IMG/VR virus record: IMGVR_UViG_3300030104_002421
Coordinates: 32,001-96,000 of that record
Strand: one strand, 5' to 3'
DNA: 64,000 nucleotides
Origin: a virus
This document shows positions 28,206 through 37,126 of this stretch, piece by piece (position 1 is the first letter of the stretch; every line of letters begins with the position of its first letter). The position numbers and the translations under genes are program-made. The notes beneath the pieces were generated by a model. That model did no database searches, was not told where the DNA came from, and saw nothing but the letters and a program-made list of their open reading frames with translations.

Positions 28206-30536
28206 ATGAAACAAATTAGTAAAGAGCAAAAATCAAATTTAGCAAGATTACTTGCAACAGAAAATCTTAACATTGAACACAGAAAAGTTAAGACTGCTTA
28301 TTTTATTCCTAAAACTAGAACATTATGTCTTCCAATATGGGAGAATATGTCTAACGATTTATATGACCTTTTATGCGGACACGAAGTTGGTCATGCATTA
28401 TACACTCCACAAGATGAAAATGTTTTAAAAGAAAAAATGAAAGATATTCCTCATTCATATTTTAATGTTATTGAAGACATTAGAATTGATATGAATATGA
28501 AGAAGAAATATCCTGGTTTAAGAAAATCTTATTTTAATGGTTACAAAGAATTAGTTGAAAGAAAATTTTTTGGTAATATAAAAGAAGACGCCAACAAAAT
28601 GAGATTTATTGATAGACTTAATATCTATACTAAATCTGGTAATTTAGAAAATCTTATTGAGTTTAATGATATAGAAAAAGATTTTTTTGAACAATCACAA
28701 AAACTAGTTACCTTTGATGATGTTATAGACCTTGCTAAAAAAATATTTGCTTATAGTAAAGAAGAAAATTATGATCCAGAACAAGACCCTTTAGGTTTAC
28801 AAAATCAAAACGGTCAATTAGAAGAAGGTGAAGACCCAGAAGCAGAACAAACTGAATCCTCAGATAGAGAAGGTGACGAAGAAGGTGACCAACAAACAGA
28901 AGGTGGTAATGGTGAAGAAGAAAACAAACAAGATAATGATGAAGGCGATACTGCCTCATCTAACAATGATAAACCTGAAAGCAACGAAGAAACAAAAGAA
29001 ACAAAAGAAGCAAGTACAGGTAACGAAGCAGGACACAACCCAGAATTAAATGCTGGTGTTACTAAAAATACAAACGAAGCAAAAACTGATGTAGCATTTG
29101 AAGAAAATAAAGGTGCTCTTTCAAAAACTGATGAAAAAACTAGAGACAATTTTTATGTTACTTTACCAGATACAAAGTCTGGTGTTGTAATTGATTATAA
29201 AGTTGTAACTGCTAAGTTTAGAGAATATCTTAATAAAAATTATACTAAAGATAGTTATACTTATAAATTAGAAGACATTACAAAAAGAAATCAAAGATTT
29301 GCTGAGTTTAAAAGAAAACAAATGAAAACTGTACATTATATGGCAAAAGAATTTGAAATGAAAAAAGCGGCAGATAACTATAACAAAACACAAACAGCGT
29401 TATCTGGTTCTTTAAATATGAACAAATTACATTCTTACAAATATAATGATGATATCTTTAAAAAATTACAAATAGAACCAGGTGCTAAAAATCATGGCAT
29501 GATGATGTTTATTGATTGGTCTGGTAGTATGGGTGATAATTTAGAAGATACTATTAATCAAACATTGAATTTAGTTATGTTTTGTAAAGCAGTTCAAATC
29601 CCTTTTGAAGTTTATGCTTTTTCAGATATTAATTCAGTATATTTTCAACCTAATAAAGAAACAGACGATTACTGGAGAAGTGATAGAAAATCAATTGATG
29701 TTGCTCCTTTTAATCACAAACCTGGTCATTTATTTGTAGAAAATGTTACCTTGATAAACTTTTTATCTAGTAGAATGAAACCAAGAGAATATAACGAAGG
29801 TATGCAAAACCTTTTTGGTATTGGTGAGAGTTATCAAAAATACTCATTGAGTTATAGAAATAGATACCGTTTTGAACCGGATGAAAATCAAATTAATCCA
29901 GTACAATCTCCACAATGTATGAGACTTGGTGGTACGCCACTTGATCCTTGTATCATTGCTGCTACGACTATTGTTAAAGACTTTATTTCTAAAAACAGAA
30001 TACAGAAAATGAATACAATCTTTTTAACTGATGGTTGTGGTCATACATTAACTGGTGTAGTTATGGATGACAATACAGTATCTAGTGATCCATCTTATAA
30101 ATCAAATCTAGTAATTAAAGATAATGAAACAAAAACAAATATTAAATATGATGGTTATGGATTTAATCAATCACATAAACCTATGTTAGATTTATTTAAG
30201 AAAAAAACTGGTAGTAAAGTAATTGGTTTTTATATTTCTGCTAGAAACAATGTATCTTATTATGATATTAATACTTTTCTACCTGTAACAGCAGGGCACG
30301 AAGGTGTTGAAAAGGTAAGAAAACAAATAAGAAAAGACAAAGTTGGTATCATTACTGACAATGGTTATGATGAATTGTTTATCTTACCTAAAAAGAATTT
30401 GAAAATCGTTGATGAAGAAGCGAATATAGAACCTTCTATGACACCAGCGAAAATGAAGCAACAGTTTCTTAAAACTCTAAAAACAAAGAAAACTAGTAGG
30501 GTTTTATTGAATAAATTTGTAGAAAGAGTAGCATAA
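28206..30536 (+). CDS. Metallopeptidase-like + VWA protein (CobT-like partner of the AAA+ ATPase)
   Basis: HEVGH, NVIEDIRI, acidic linker, MIDAS DWSGS..GGTP..LTDG. Confidence 0.85.
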   Translation: MKQISKEQKSNLARLLATENLNIEHRKVKTAYFIPKTRTLCLPIWENMSNDLYDLLCGHEVGHALYTPQDENVLKEKMKDIPHSYFNVIEDIRIDMNMKKKYPGLRKSYFNGYKELVERKFFGNIKEDANKMRFIDRLNIYTKSGNLENLIEFNDIEKDFFEQSQKLVTFDDVIDLAKKIFAYSKEENYDPEQDPLGLQNQNGQLEEGEDPEAEQTESSDREGDEEGDQQTEGGNGEEENKQDNDEGDTASSNNDKPESNEETKETKEASTGNEAGHNPELNAGVTKNTNEAKTDVAFEENKGALSKTDEKTRDNFYVTLPDTKSGVVIDYKVVTAKFREYLNKNYTKDSYTYKLEDITKRNQRFAEFKRKQMKTVHYMAKEFEMKKAADNYNKTQTALSGSLNMNKLHSYKYNDDIFKKLQIEPGAKNHGMMMFIDWSGSMGDNLEDTINQTLNLVMFCKAVQIPFEVYAFSDINSVYFQPNKETDDYWRSDRKSIDVAPFNHKPGHLFVENVTLINFLSSRMKPREYNEGMQNLFGIGESYQKYSLSYRNRYRFEPDENQINPVQSPQCMRLGGTPLDPCIIAATTIVKDFISKNRIQKMNTIFLTDGCGHTLTGVVMDDNTVSSDPSYKSNLVIKDNETKTNIKYDGYGFNQSHKPMLDLFKKKTGSKVIGFYISARNNVSYYDINTFLPVTAGHEGVEKVRKQIRKDKVGIITDNGYDELFILPKKNLKIVDEEANIEPSMTPAKMKQQFLKTLKTKKTSRVLLNKFVERVA

Positions 30537-30570
30537 TGAACAGCTGCGACAAATTGTCAAGTAAAATAAT

Positions 30571-30643
30571 TGCTAAACCATTGAAATATAAAGGTTTTAA
30601 TTGTACGAATATGCTTGACTTTTCTGCAAAACTATGATAGGAT
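30571..30643 (+). promoter_or_regulatory. Early promoter with the same upstream 21-mer
   Basis: TGCTAAACCATTGAAATATAA, then a 23 nt gap, then TTGACT-N17-TAGGAT. Confidence 0.85.
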
Positions 30644-30672
30644 ATAGAGATAATTAAAAAAAGGACTACATT

Positions 30673-31866
30673 ATGAAACTAAATGATAAACAAAAAACAT
30701 TTGTTGAGACTGCTTTCAAGGAGTTTGGTACAGATACCATTACTAGAAAACAAGTCCAAGAAATTGAGACTAAATTTAACTTAACTGGTAACAGTTGGTT
30801 AGTAAATTCAGGAGACTACAAAGTGGGTCGTGGCGTATATAAATTACCTGTTAACGGTATGGTTAACCCCTCTAAAAATGTTAAACAGAATTTAAAACCT
30901 AAACCAGTTATTGAACAACCACAAGAAAAGGTTACTCTACAATCTACTGAAAGTACCGCTGATAACTTGGTACCTTCTAAAGAGGCGACCTTTGTATCTT
31001 TTGGTAACTACAAAGATATTAAGAATATTGTTAAATCAAAAATCTTTTATCCTACTTTTATTACTGGTTTATCTGGTAACGGTAAAACTTTAAATATAAT
31101 ACAAAGTTGTGCTGAGTTAAAAAGAGAATTAATTAGAGTTAATATAACAGTTGAAACAGACGAAGACGATTTACTTGGTGGTTTCAGACTTGTAAATGGT
31201 GCAACAGTATGGCATGATGGTCCTGTTGTTGACGCTATGAAAAGAGGCGCTGTTCTATTATTAGACGAAATTGATTTAGCGTCTAATAAGATTATGTGTT
31301 TACAACCAATACTTGAAGGCAACGGTGTCTTCCTTAAAAAGATTGGTAAATTTATAGAACCACAACCTGGTTTTAATATCATTGCTACTGCCAATACTAA
31401 AGGTAAAGGTAGTGATGACGGAAGATTTATTGGTACTAATATACTCAATGAAGCATTCCTTGAAAGATTTCCTGTTACTTTTGAGCAACAGTATCCTCCA
31501 ATTAAAGTAGAGCAAAAAATACTTGAAAATGTTATGGATGCTTATAACTTAAAAGATAGTAAATTTACAGAAAACCTAGTTAAATGGGCAGATGTAATTA
31601 GAAAAACTTTTTATGATGGCGGTGTTGATGAAATAATCGCTACTAGAAGACTAGTACATATCATTAATGCTTATGCAATCTTTAAGAACAAATTAAAATC
31701 TGTTCAAGTATGTGTAAACAGATTTGATGATGATACTAAAAACAGTTTCCTAGATTTGTATTCTAAAGTGGACTCAGGAGTTGACCTAGAAGACTTATCA
31801 GGAAATATCAATGATGATGAGATAATAATGGAGAAGGAAGTTGATCCAATCAACCAACCAATCTAG
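30673..31866 (+). CDS. cobS: CobS/MoxR-like AAA+ ATPase
   Basis: GLSGNGKT, DEDDLLGG, LLLDEID, ATANTKG, NEAFLERF. Confidence 0.9.
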   Translation: MKLNDKQKTFVETAFKEFGTDTITRKQVQEIETKFNLTGNSWLVNSGDYKVGRGVYKLPVNGMVNPSKNVKQNLKPKPVIEQPQEKVTLQSTESTADNLVPSKEATFVSFGNYKDIKNIVKSKIFYPTFITGLSGNGKTLNIIQSCAELKRELIRVNITVETDEDDLLGGFRLVNGATVWHDGPVVDAMKRGAVLLLDEIDLASNKIMCLQPILEGNGVFLKKIGKFIEPQPGFNIIATANTKGKGSDDGRFIGTNILNEAFLERFPVTFEQQYPPIKVEQKILENVMDAYNLKDSKFTENLVKWADVIRKTFYDGGVDEIIATRRLVHIINAYAIFKNKLKSVQVCVNRFDDDTKNSFLDLYSKVDSGVDLEDLSGNINDDEIIMEKEVDPINQPI

Positions 31867-31897
31867 TATGAAATTCATTCATAATGTAGACCTCGTA

Positions 31898-31924
31898 GGT
31901 GGCGGATTTCATAAACCCGCCACC
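31898..31924 (+). terminator. Hairpin between cobS and the tRNA
   Basis: GGTGGCGG...CCGCCACC followed by a T-rich stretch. Confidence 0.6.
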
Positions 31925-31940
31925 GTTTGTTCTACTTTGA

Positions 31941-32014
31941 GCGGGTTAAGTATAAAAGTAATACGCTTTGCTACCAGTAAAGAGAACTTTGGGCAGTACA
32001 AAGGATCCGCTCCA
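31941..32014 (+). tRNA. Non-canonical tRNA-Gly, anticodon ACC
   Basis: 74-nt cloverleaf: acceptor GCGGGTT/GATCCGC, D stem GTAT/ATAC, anticodon stem CTTTG/TAAAG with loop CT-ACC-AG, T stem CTTTG/CAAAG, discriminator T, encoded CCA; D and T loops are atypical. Confidence 0.8.
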
Positions 32015-32027
32015 ATAAAATAAAGAT

Positions 32028-32231
32028 ATGACTATAACAGTAATAGTAAAAAATAACAATGTAGAGAAAGCGATTAGAACGCTTAAGAAAAAAGTTTTAA
32101 AAGAAGGTCTCTTAAAAGAAATTAAACAAAGGCAGTATTACGAAAAACCTAGTTTAAAGAGACAAAGAAAACATAAAGAGAACCTAAAGCGTGTTGCTAA
32201 ATTAAAGAAGCAGCGTGAAAGGGAATCTTAA
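32028..32231 (+). CDS. rpsU: Ribosomal protein bS21
   Basis: V.V..NNVEKAIR.LKKK...EG...E.K.RQYYEKPS.KR. Confidence 0.9.
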   Translation: MTITVIVKNNNVEKAIRTLKKKVLKEGLLKEIKQRQYYEKPSLKRQRKHKENLKRVAKLKKQRERES

Positions 32232-32294
32232 TACGAATTTCTGTTGTAACGGCGGAAAAACAACCATAACACTAAACTAAAGGAGTATAATATT

Positions 32295-32549
32295 ATGGGA
32301 AGAGCGAAAATAGCAAATAGCACTAGATTTCTTAACGCTATGTTAAGAGGTGCAAGTGTATCATGGACGGATGCACAAAACAAATATAACTTAAAATCAC
32401 CAAGAAGTGTGGTGAATAAGTTAAGAGAAGATGGACATTGTGTTTATATCAATAAATCTTCTACTGGTACCAGTTACAGAATTGGTACACCTTCAAAAGC
32501 GATAGTGGCCGCAGGTCTTATGGCATTAGAAGGACAGGCAGTTGCCTAG
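32295..32549 (+). CDS. Small winged-HTH-like protein
   Basis: SPRSVVNKLREDGHCVYIN....SYRIGTPS; strong SD. Confidence 0.65.
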   Translation: MGRAKIANSTRFLNAMLRGASVSWTDAQNKYNLKSPRSVVNKLREDGHCVYINKSSTGTSYRIGTPSKAIVAAGLMALEGQAVA

Positions 32550-32660
32550 TATAAATAGTCATGCAGGCAATTCATAAGTCCTGCTTGAGTGTTGCCTCTC
32601 GTAAAGTCAACACATTTTGCCTTTTTACGGTTTGGGCTTGTAAAAAATTAAACCGTACTT
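32550..32660 (+). ncRNA. Putative structured late small RNA with three hairpins
   Basis: TATAAATA at 32550, then stems GCAGG/CCTGC, GTGTTG/CAACAC and TACGGTTT/AAACCGTA; no ORF. Confidence 0.45.
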
Positions 32661-32661
32661 A

Positions 32662-32729
32662 TATAAATACTTATGATACGCTCATTGTGAGGTATCGTTT
32701 TTATTAACTCGCTTAAAAGGAGAAAACAA
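32662..32729 (+). promoter_or_regulatory. Late promoter and structured 5' leader of hsp20
   Basis: TATAAATA at 32662; hairpin GATAC-G-CTCA-TTG-TGAG-GTATC; AAGGAG SD. Confidence 0.6.
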
Positions 32730-33155
32730 ATGAATAAAACTCTATCTATATGGAACGACCTACGACCATTTTCTGTAGGTTTTGATAGTATTTTTGACCA
32801 CTTTGATAATCATTTAGAATATACAAGAAGTCAAAATCAAACTTATCCACCTTACAACATTAATAGAATTGATGAACTCAATTATCAAATTGAGATTGCA
32901 CTTGCTGGTTTCAGCAGGAAAGATATTGATGTTCAATATGCTGACAATCAATTAACTATTAAATCAGTTGAGAGTGATAAGGAAGAAAAAGATACTATCC
33001 ATAGAGGCATTTCTAAAAGACATTTTACAAGAAAATTTACAATTGCAGATGATGTACAAGTAAATGGTGCTAAAATGGAAGATGGTATGCTACTCATTGA
33101 TTTGGAAAAGATAGTACCAGAGGAAAAGAAACCTCGAACTATTAAAATTAAATAA
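32730..33155 (+). CDS. hsp20: Small heat-shock protein Hsp20
   Basis: YPPYNI, IEIALAGFS, HRGIS.R.F, A.MEDGML.IDLE. Confidence 0.95.
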   Translation: MNKTLSIWNDLRPFSVGFDSIFDHFDNHLEYTRSQNQTYPPYNINRIDELNYQIEIALAGFSRKDIDVQYADNQLTIKSVESDKEEKDTIHRGISKRHFTRKFTIADDVQVNGAKMEDGMLLIDLEKIVPEEKKPRTIKIK

Positions 33156-33168
33156 TGAATAAATGATA

Positions 33169-33189
33169 GGGTGGGCGCTATGCCCACCC
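33169..33189 (+). terminator. Hairpin after hsp20
   Basis: GGGTGGGC-GCTAT-GCCCACCC. Confidence 0.6.
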
Positions 33190-33209
33190 ATTGAACTAAC
33201 AATTATATT

Positions 33210-33509
33210 ATGAATTACAAAAAACTAGACCAAAAAATAAAAGAACTCAATTCAACAAGAGTATTTAAAAAGATTACCCCCAAATACGATTTATCTTGGT
33301 ATGTAAAATGGGTATCAAGTGTATTGATACTTACAGCAGTTTGCTTTAGAGCAGCAGGTGGTTTTCATATGTTTGATTTGTATTTTAGTTTTGTAGGAAC
33401 ATTAGGTTGGTTATGGGTAGGAATACTATGGCATGACAGAGCACTAATAATGTTAAATGGTGCATTAGCAACCTTGTTATTTACAGGCATACTGAAAGCA
33501 TACTTATGA
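33210..33509 (+). CDS. Small membrane protein with three predicted TM segments
   Basis: WYVKW, GWLWVGILWHDRALIMLN hydrophobic segments. Confidence 0.7.
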   Translation: MNYKKLDQKIKELNSTRVFKKITPKYDLSWYVKWVSSVLILTAVCFRAAGGFHMFDLYFSFVGTLGWLWVGILWHDRALIMLNGALATLLFTGILKAYL

Positions 33510-34069
33510 GCAACATAAGTCCTTTATTTACAACACCAATCTTACATAAACCATTAAACTTAAATCTAGCAGCGATTAAACACCATTGCCAAGGTTTACG
33601 AATACATGGTAAAGGTAGAGAAGTTTCTAACATAGGTGGTTGGCAAAGTGAAGATTTAGTTGGCGAACATCCAGAATTAAATGACCTGTTTTTAGAAATA
33701 GAATTAGCAGGTAATGAATTTACAAATTATATTAATAATGATTGGTGTAAATTAGATAATGTCTGGGTTAACTTTAATAGTTATAGAGATTACAATAGAC
33801 CACATGTTCATTCAAAAGCATATGTGAGTGGTGTCTATTATGTACAAACACCAGAAAATTGTGGTAATCTATGTTTCGAACATCCATCACCATTGCACAA
33901 TACAGAATGGGACCATGTGCCAAATGTAATGGGTTATATACCACAAGCAAATAATCTATACTTATTTCCAAACTGGTTAAGTCATTATGTTTTACCAAAT
34001 CTAAACGAACAAGAGGAAAGAATTTCAATCTCATTTAATTTGAAGCTTGACAAATCACCAGAATTATGA
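33506..34069 (+). CDS. 2OG-Fe(II) oxygenase (TIGR02466-like)
   Basis: SNIGGWQS, WVN..PHVH, SGVYYV, FPNWLSHYV, RISISFN. Confidence 0.88.
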   Translation: MSNISPLFTTPILHKPLNLNLAAIKHHCQGLRIHGKGREVSNIGGWQSEDLVGEHPELNDLFLEIELAGNEFTNYINNDWCKLDNVWVNFNSYRDYNRPHVHSKAYVSGVYYVQTPENCGNLCFEHPSPLHNTEWDHVPNVMGYIPQANNLYLFPNWLSHYVLPNLNEQEERISISFNLKLDKSPEL

Positions 34070-34075
34070 TAGGAT
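34047..34075 (+). promoter_or_regulatory. Sigma70-type promoter of the replication operon
   Basis: TTGACA-N17-TAGGAT; ATG 6 nt downstream. Confidence 0.75.
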
Positions 34076-34081
34076 ACCATT

Positions 34082-34420
34082 ATGTATAAATTTAAAGAAA
34101 ATATAATATTAGATGATGTGAAAAGATATATTGATGAAACTTATTCATCACATTATGCACAATCACAAAAACAAGCTACTGAAATTATTATCGACCAAGG
34201 ACACGGTAATGGTTTTTGTATGGGTAATATTTTAAAGTATGCCCAAAGATATGGCAAGAAAGATGGCAAGAATAAGAAAGACCTTATGAAAGTTATACAC
34301 TATGCTATAATACAATTGTCCCAAGACCATTACAATAGTCAATTGTCTTTATTTGACACTTTGAATGAAGCACCATTACAATCTGTAATGAGTGAAAAAC
34401 TAAACAATCCAAATGATTAA
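34082..34420 (+). CDS. DUF3310-like protein
   Basis: YSSHY, GFCMGNILKYAQRYGKKDG, DLMKVIHYA. Confidence 0.75.
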   Translation: MYKFKENIILDDVKRYIDETYSSHYAQSQKQATEIIIDQGHGNGFCMGNILKYAQRYGKKDGKNKKDLMKVIHYAIIQLSQDHYNSQLSLFDTLNEAPLQSVMSEKLNNPND

Positions 34421-34432
34421 GGAGAATATATA

Positions 34433-35101
34433 ATGAAATTAAGTGAAGCAACAAAAGAGATACTTAAAAATTTTTCAGACATTAATCCAAACTTGATGAT
34501 TAATCCTGGTAAACAATTAAAGACTATCTCTACAATGAAGAATATTCTTGCTACTGCTAATGTAGAAGAAGAATTTCCACAAGATATTGCCATCTATGAC
34601 CTATCTGAATTTTTAGGCGTGATGTCTCTATTTAATAAACCTACTTTTACTTTTGATGATAAGTCATTATCAATTAGTGAAGAAGGTACTAAAACAAAGT
34701 CAAAGTATTACTTTGCTGATGCCTCTATTTTAACAACACCTCAAAAAGATGTTAAAATGCCAGAAGCGGAAGTTAATTTTACTTTAACTGAAACTGACTT
34801 AACAAAAGTTAAGAAAGCGGCTGCAATGTTACAATTACCAGATATCGCTGTAACAAGTGATGGTGGTGATATTACATTATCAGCAATAGATAAAAAGAAT
34901 GATACTGCCAATAACTTTAATTTAAAAGTAGGTACAAGTGATAAGACATTTGTATTTCATTTTAAAACAGAGCATTTGAAAATGTTACCTGGTGATTATG
35001 ATGTGGCAATCTCATCTAAATTAATTAGTAATTTCAAACACAAATCTAAATCAATTCAATATTGGGTTGCATTAGAGAATACAAGTAAATATACTGGCTA
35101 A
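34433..35101 (+). CDS. gp45: Sliding clamp gp45
   Basis: MKLSEAT.EILKNFSDIN, IYDLSEFL, YWVALE. Confidence 0.95.
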   Translation: MKLSEATKEILKNFSDINPNLMINPGKQLKTISTMKNILATANVEEEFPQDIAIYDLSEFLGVMSLFNKPTFTFDDKSLSISEEGTKTKSKYYFADASILTTPQKDVKMPEAEVNFTLTETDLTKVKKAAAMLQLPDIAVTSDGGDITLSAIDKKNDTANNFNLKVGTSDKTFVFHFKTEHLKMLPGDYDVAISSKLISNFKHKSKSIQYWVALENTSKYTG

Positions 35102-35119
35102 TTTAATGAGGATTTTATT

Positions 35120-36064
35120 ATGGAAAACTTTTTATGGACGGAACAATATCGTCCAAGTACAATAGATGAATGTATCTTACCTGTTGAGATTAAGAGTACA
35201 TTTAAACAATTACTATCTAAAGGCGAAATACCTAATTTACTACTTAGCGGTACTGCTGGCACAGGCAAGACTACTGTAGCAAAAGCATTATGTAATGAAC
35301 TTGATTTAGATGTAATGATGATTAATGGTTCTGACGAAGGTCGTTCCATTGATGTTGTTAGAAATCAAATCAAAGCATTTGCTTCTACGGTTAGTTTGTC
35401 TGAAACAGATAAACCTAAAGTTGTAATTGTAGATGAAGCAGATTATATGAATGCTGAGAGTGTTCAGCCTGCTTTAAGAAACTTTATAGAAACATTTAGT
35501 AATAACTGTAGATTTATTTTTACATGTAATTACAAAAACAAAATCATTCCTGCCATCCATTCCAGATGTACTGTAATTAATTTTACAATACAGAAAAAGG
35601 ATAAATCAAATCTTGCAGGACAATTTCATCAACGATTATCTAAAATACTAGAGCAAGAAGCAATTGAGTTTGACGCTAAAGTATTGGCAGAATTAATTAT
35701 AAAATTCTATCCAGACTTTAGACGAACTATCAATGAACTACAACGCTATAGTGTAAGTGGTAAGATTGATACTGGTATACTTGTATCTATTTCAGATATG
35801 AATATACAAGGTCTTAATCAGGCACTAAAGAAAAGAAACTTTCCAGAAATGAGAAAGTGGATAGTTGATAACATAGATAAAGACCCAGCAGGTCTCTACA
35901 AAGAACTGTATGAGAACTTTTACAAAGTATTAGAACCTAATACTATTCCTGCCATGGTTATTCTACTTGCAGATTACCAATACAAGAATGCCTTTGTAGC
36001 GGATCCTGAATTGAATATGGTTGCTTGCCTTACAGAAATTATGGGTGAGTGTAAATTCAAGTGA
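35120..36064 (+). CDS. gp44: Clamp loader large subunit gp44
   Basis: W.EQYRP..IDECILP, GTAGTGKTT, DEAD, SRC. Confidence 0.96.
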   Translation: MENFLWTEQYRPSTIDECILPVEIKSTFKQLLSKGEIPNLLLSGTAGTGKTTVAKALCNELDLDVMMINGSDEGRSIDVVRNQIKAFASTVSLSETDKPKVVIVDEADYMNAESVQPALRNFIETFSNNCRFIFTCNYKNKIIPAIHSRCTVINFTIQKKDKSNLAGQFHQRLSKILEQEAIEFDAKVLAELIIKFYPDFRRTINELQRYSVSGKIDTGILVSISDMNIQGLNQALKKRNFPEMRKWIVDNIDKDPAGLYKELYENFYKVLEPNTIPAMVILLADYQYKNAFVADPELNMVACLTEIMGECKFK

Positions 36065-36453
36065 GTGATTATGGTTTAACAAAGTATCTAACGGCGATAA
36101 ACTGGTCAAAGGAGAAGTTACTAGATACAGATGACAAAGATTGGGAAAAGAAATATCCACCTTATATAATCAATAAAGGTCTCTCATATTTTCCAGACAC
36201 CGTAATGTATGCCAACGAAATGAATAGGTTACATCATGCAACAAAGCATATGCAGTTTTCATTTTTACTAAATACTATTAGACCTAAAAAAAGGTTTAGT
36301 AAGTGGTTAAAGGCGTCAAAGTTAAGCAACCTAGATGTGGTTAAACAATATTACGGATATAGCAACGAAAAGGCTAAACAGGCACTTGAATTGCTTACGA
36401 AAAAACAGATTGAATATATAAAAGAAACATTATATAGGGGTGGGAAAAAATGA
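36061..36453 (+). CDS. gp62: Clamp loader small subunit gp62
   Basis: YPPYIINKGLS..DT..ANEMN, KRFSKW, YYGYSNEKA. Confidence 0.93.
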   Translation: MSDYGLTKYLTAINWSKEKLLDTDDKDWEKKYPPYIINKGLSYFPDTVMYANEMNRLHHATKHMQFSFLLNTIRPKKRFSKWLKASKLSNLDVVKQYYGYSNEKAKQALELLTKKQIEYIKETLYRGGKK

Positions 36454-36884
36454 GTGATACTATAGAATGGAAGCCAGAGCAAATGCTCGAAGTCAAGTTA
36501 AAAGAACCTGACGATTTCCTAAAGATTAGAGAAACATTAACAAGAATTGGTGTAGCAAGTCGTAAAGAACGAAAAATATATCAATCTTGCCACATACTAC
36601 ATAAACAAGGTAGGTATTTTATTGTCCATTTCAAAGAACTATTTGCCCTCGATGGCAAACAAAGTAACATATCTGTTAATGATGTTGAGAGAAGAAACAC
36701 TATCTCACAATTACTAGCAGATTGGGGACTTATTGAGTTGATAAGTCCTGTTGACAACAAGGCACCATTATCACAAATCAAAGTTTTACCATTTAAGGAA
36801 AAGAACGATTGGATATTGGAACCTAAATATAATATTGGTAAGAAACCAAGTGAGGATAACAATGACACCAGACCCACAGAATAA
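36450..36884 (+). CDS. regA: Translational repressor RegA
   Basis: PDDFLKIRETLTRIG, QSCHILHKQGRYFIVHFKELF. Confidence 0.97.
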   Translation: MSDTIEWKPEQMLEVKLKEPDDFLKIRETLTRIGVASRKERKIYQSCHILHKQGRYFIVHFKELFALDGKQSNISVNDVERRNTISQLLADWGLIELISPVDNKAPLSQIKVLPFKEKNDWILEPKYNIGKKPSEDNNDTRPTE

Positions 36885-37083
36885 ATTAATATTACTACAA
36901 GCGCTTAAGTCTAGCGCTCAAGGCAACATAGATAAACATAAAGCAAATGTAGATATCTATTTACGAAATGCCATTGGCATTGGCGAGCATTCTGATATTG
37001 TGGAAACAATAGAAAAAGAACTTGACCATATTGCTAAATACGAAGACCAATTAGATATAATAGCAAAATATTTCGAAAAATAA
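36862..37083 (+). CDS. Conserved hypothetical protein
   Basis: ANVDIYL....GIGEHSDIVE motif; likely start 36862. Confidence 0.65.
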   Translation: MTPDPQNKLILLQALKSSAQGNIDKHKANVDIYLRNAIGIGEHSDIVETIEKELDHIAKYEDQLDIIAKYFEK

Positions 37084-37085
37084 GC

Positions 37086-37114
37086 TTGACTTTTCAAGTC
37101 AATTGTGATATAAT
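37086..37114 (+). promoter_or_regulatory. Sigma70-type promoter for gp43
   Basis: TTGACT-N17-TATAAT; the -35 sits in an inverted repeat TTGACTT-TTC-AAGTCAA. Confidence 0.8.
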
Positions 37115-37126
37115 ATACTTTTATTA

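Noticed and set aside
28206-31866. Cobalamin biosynthesis (cobST)
   Set aside because: No cobN or other cob genes; a VWA + MoxR-type AAA+ chaperone pair is the simpler reading and is common in marine T4-like phages
31841-32023. 60-aa ORF in the track
   Set aside because: It spans a hairpin and the tRNA-like cloverleaf and has no SD or recognisable motif
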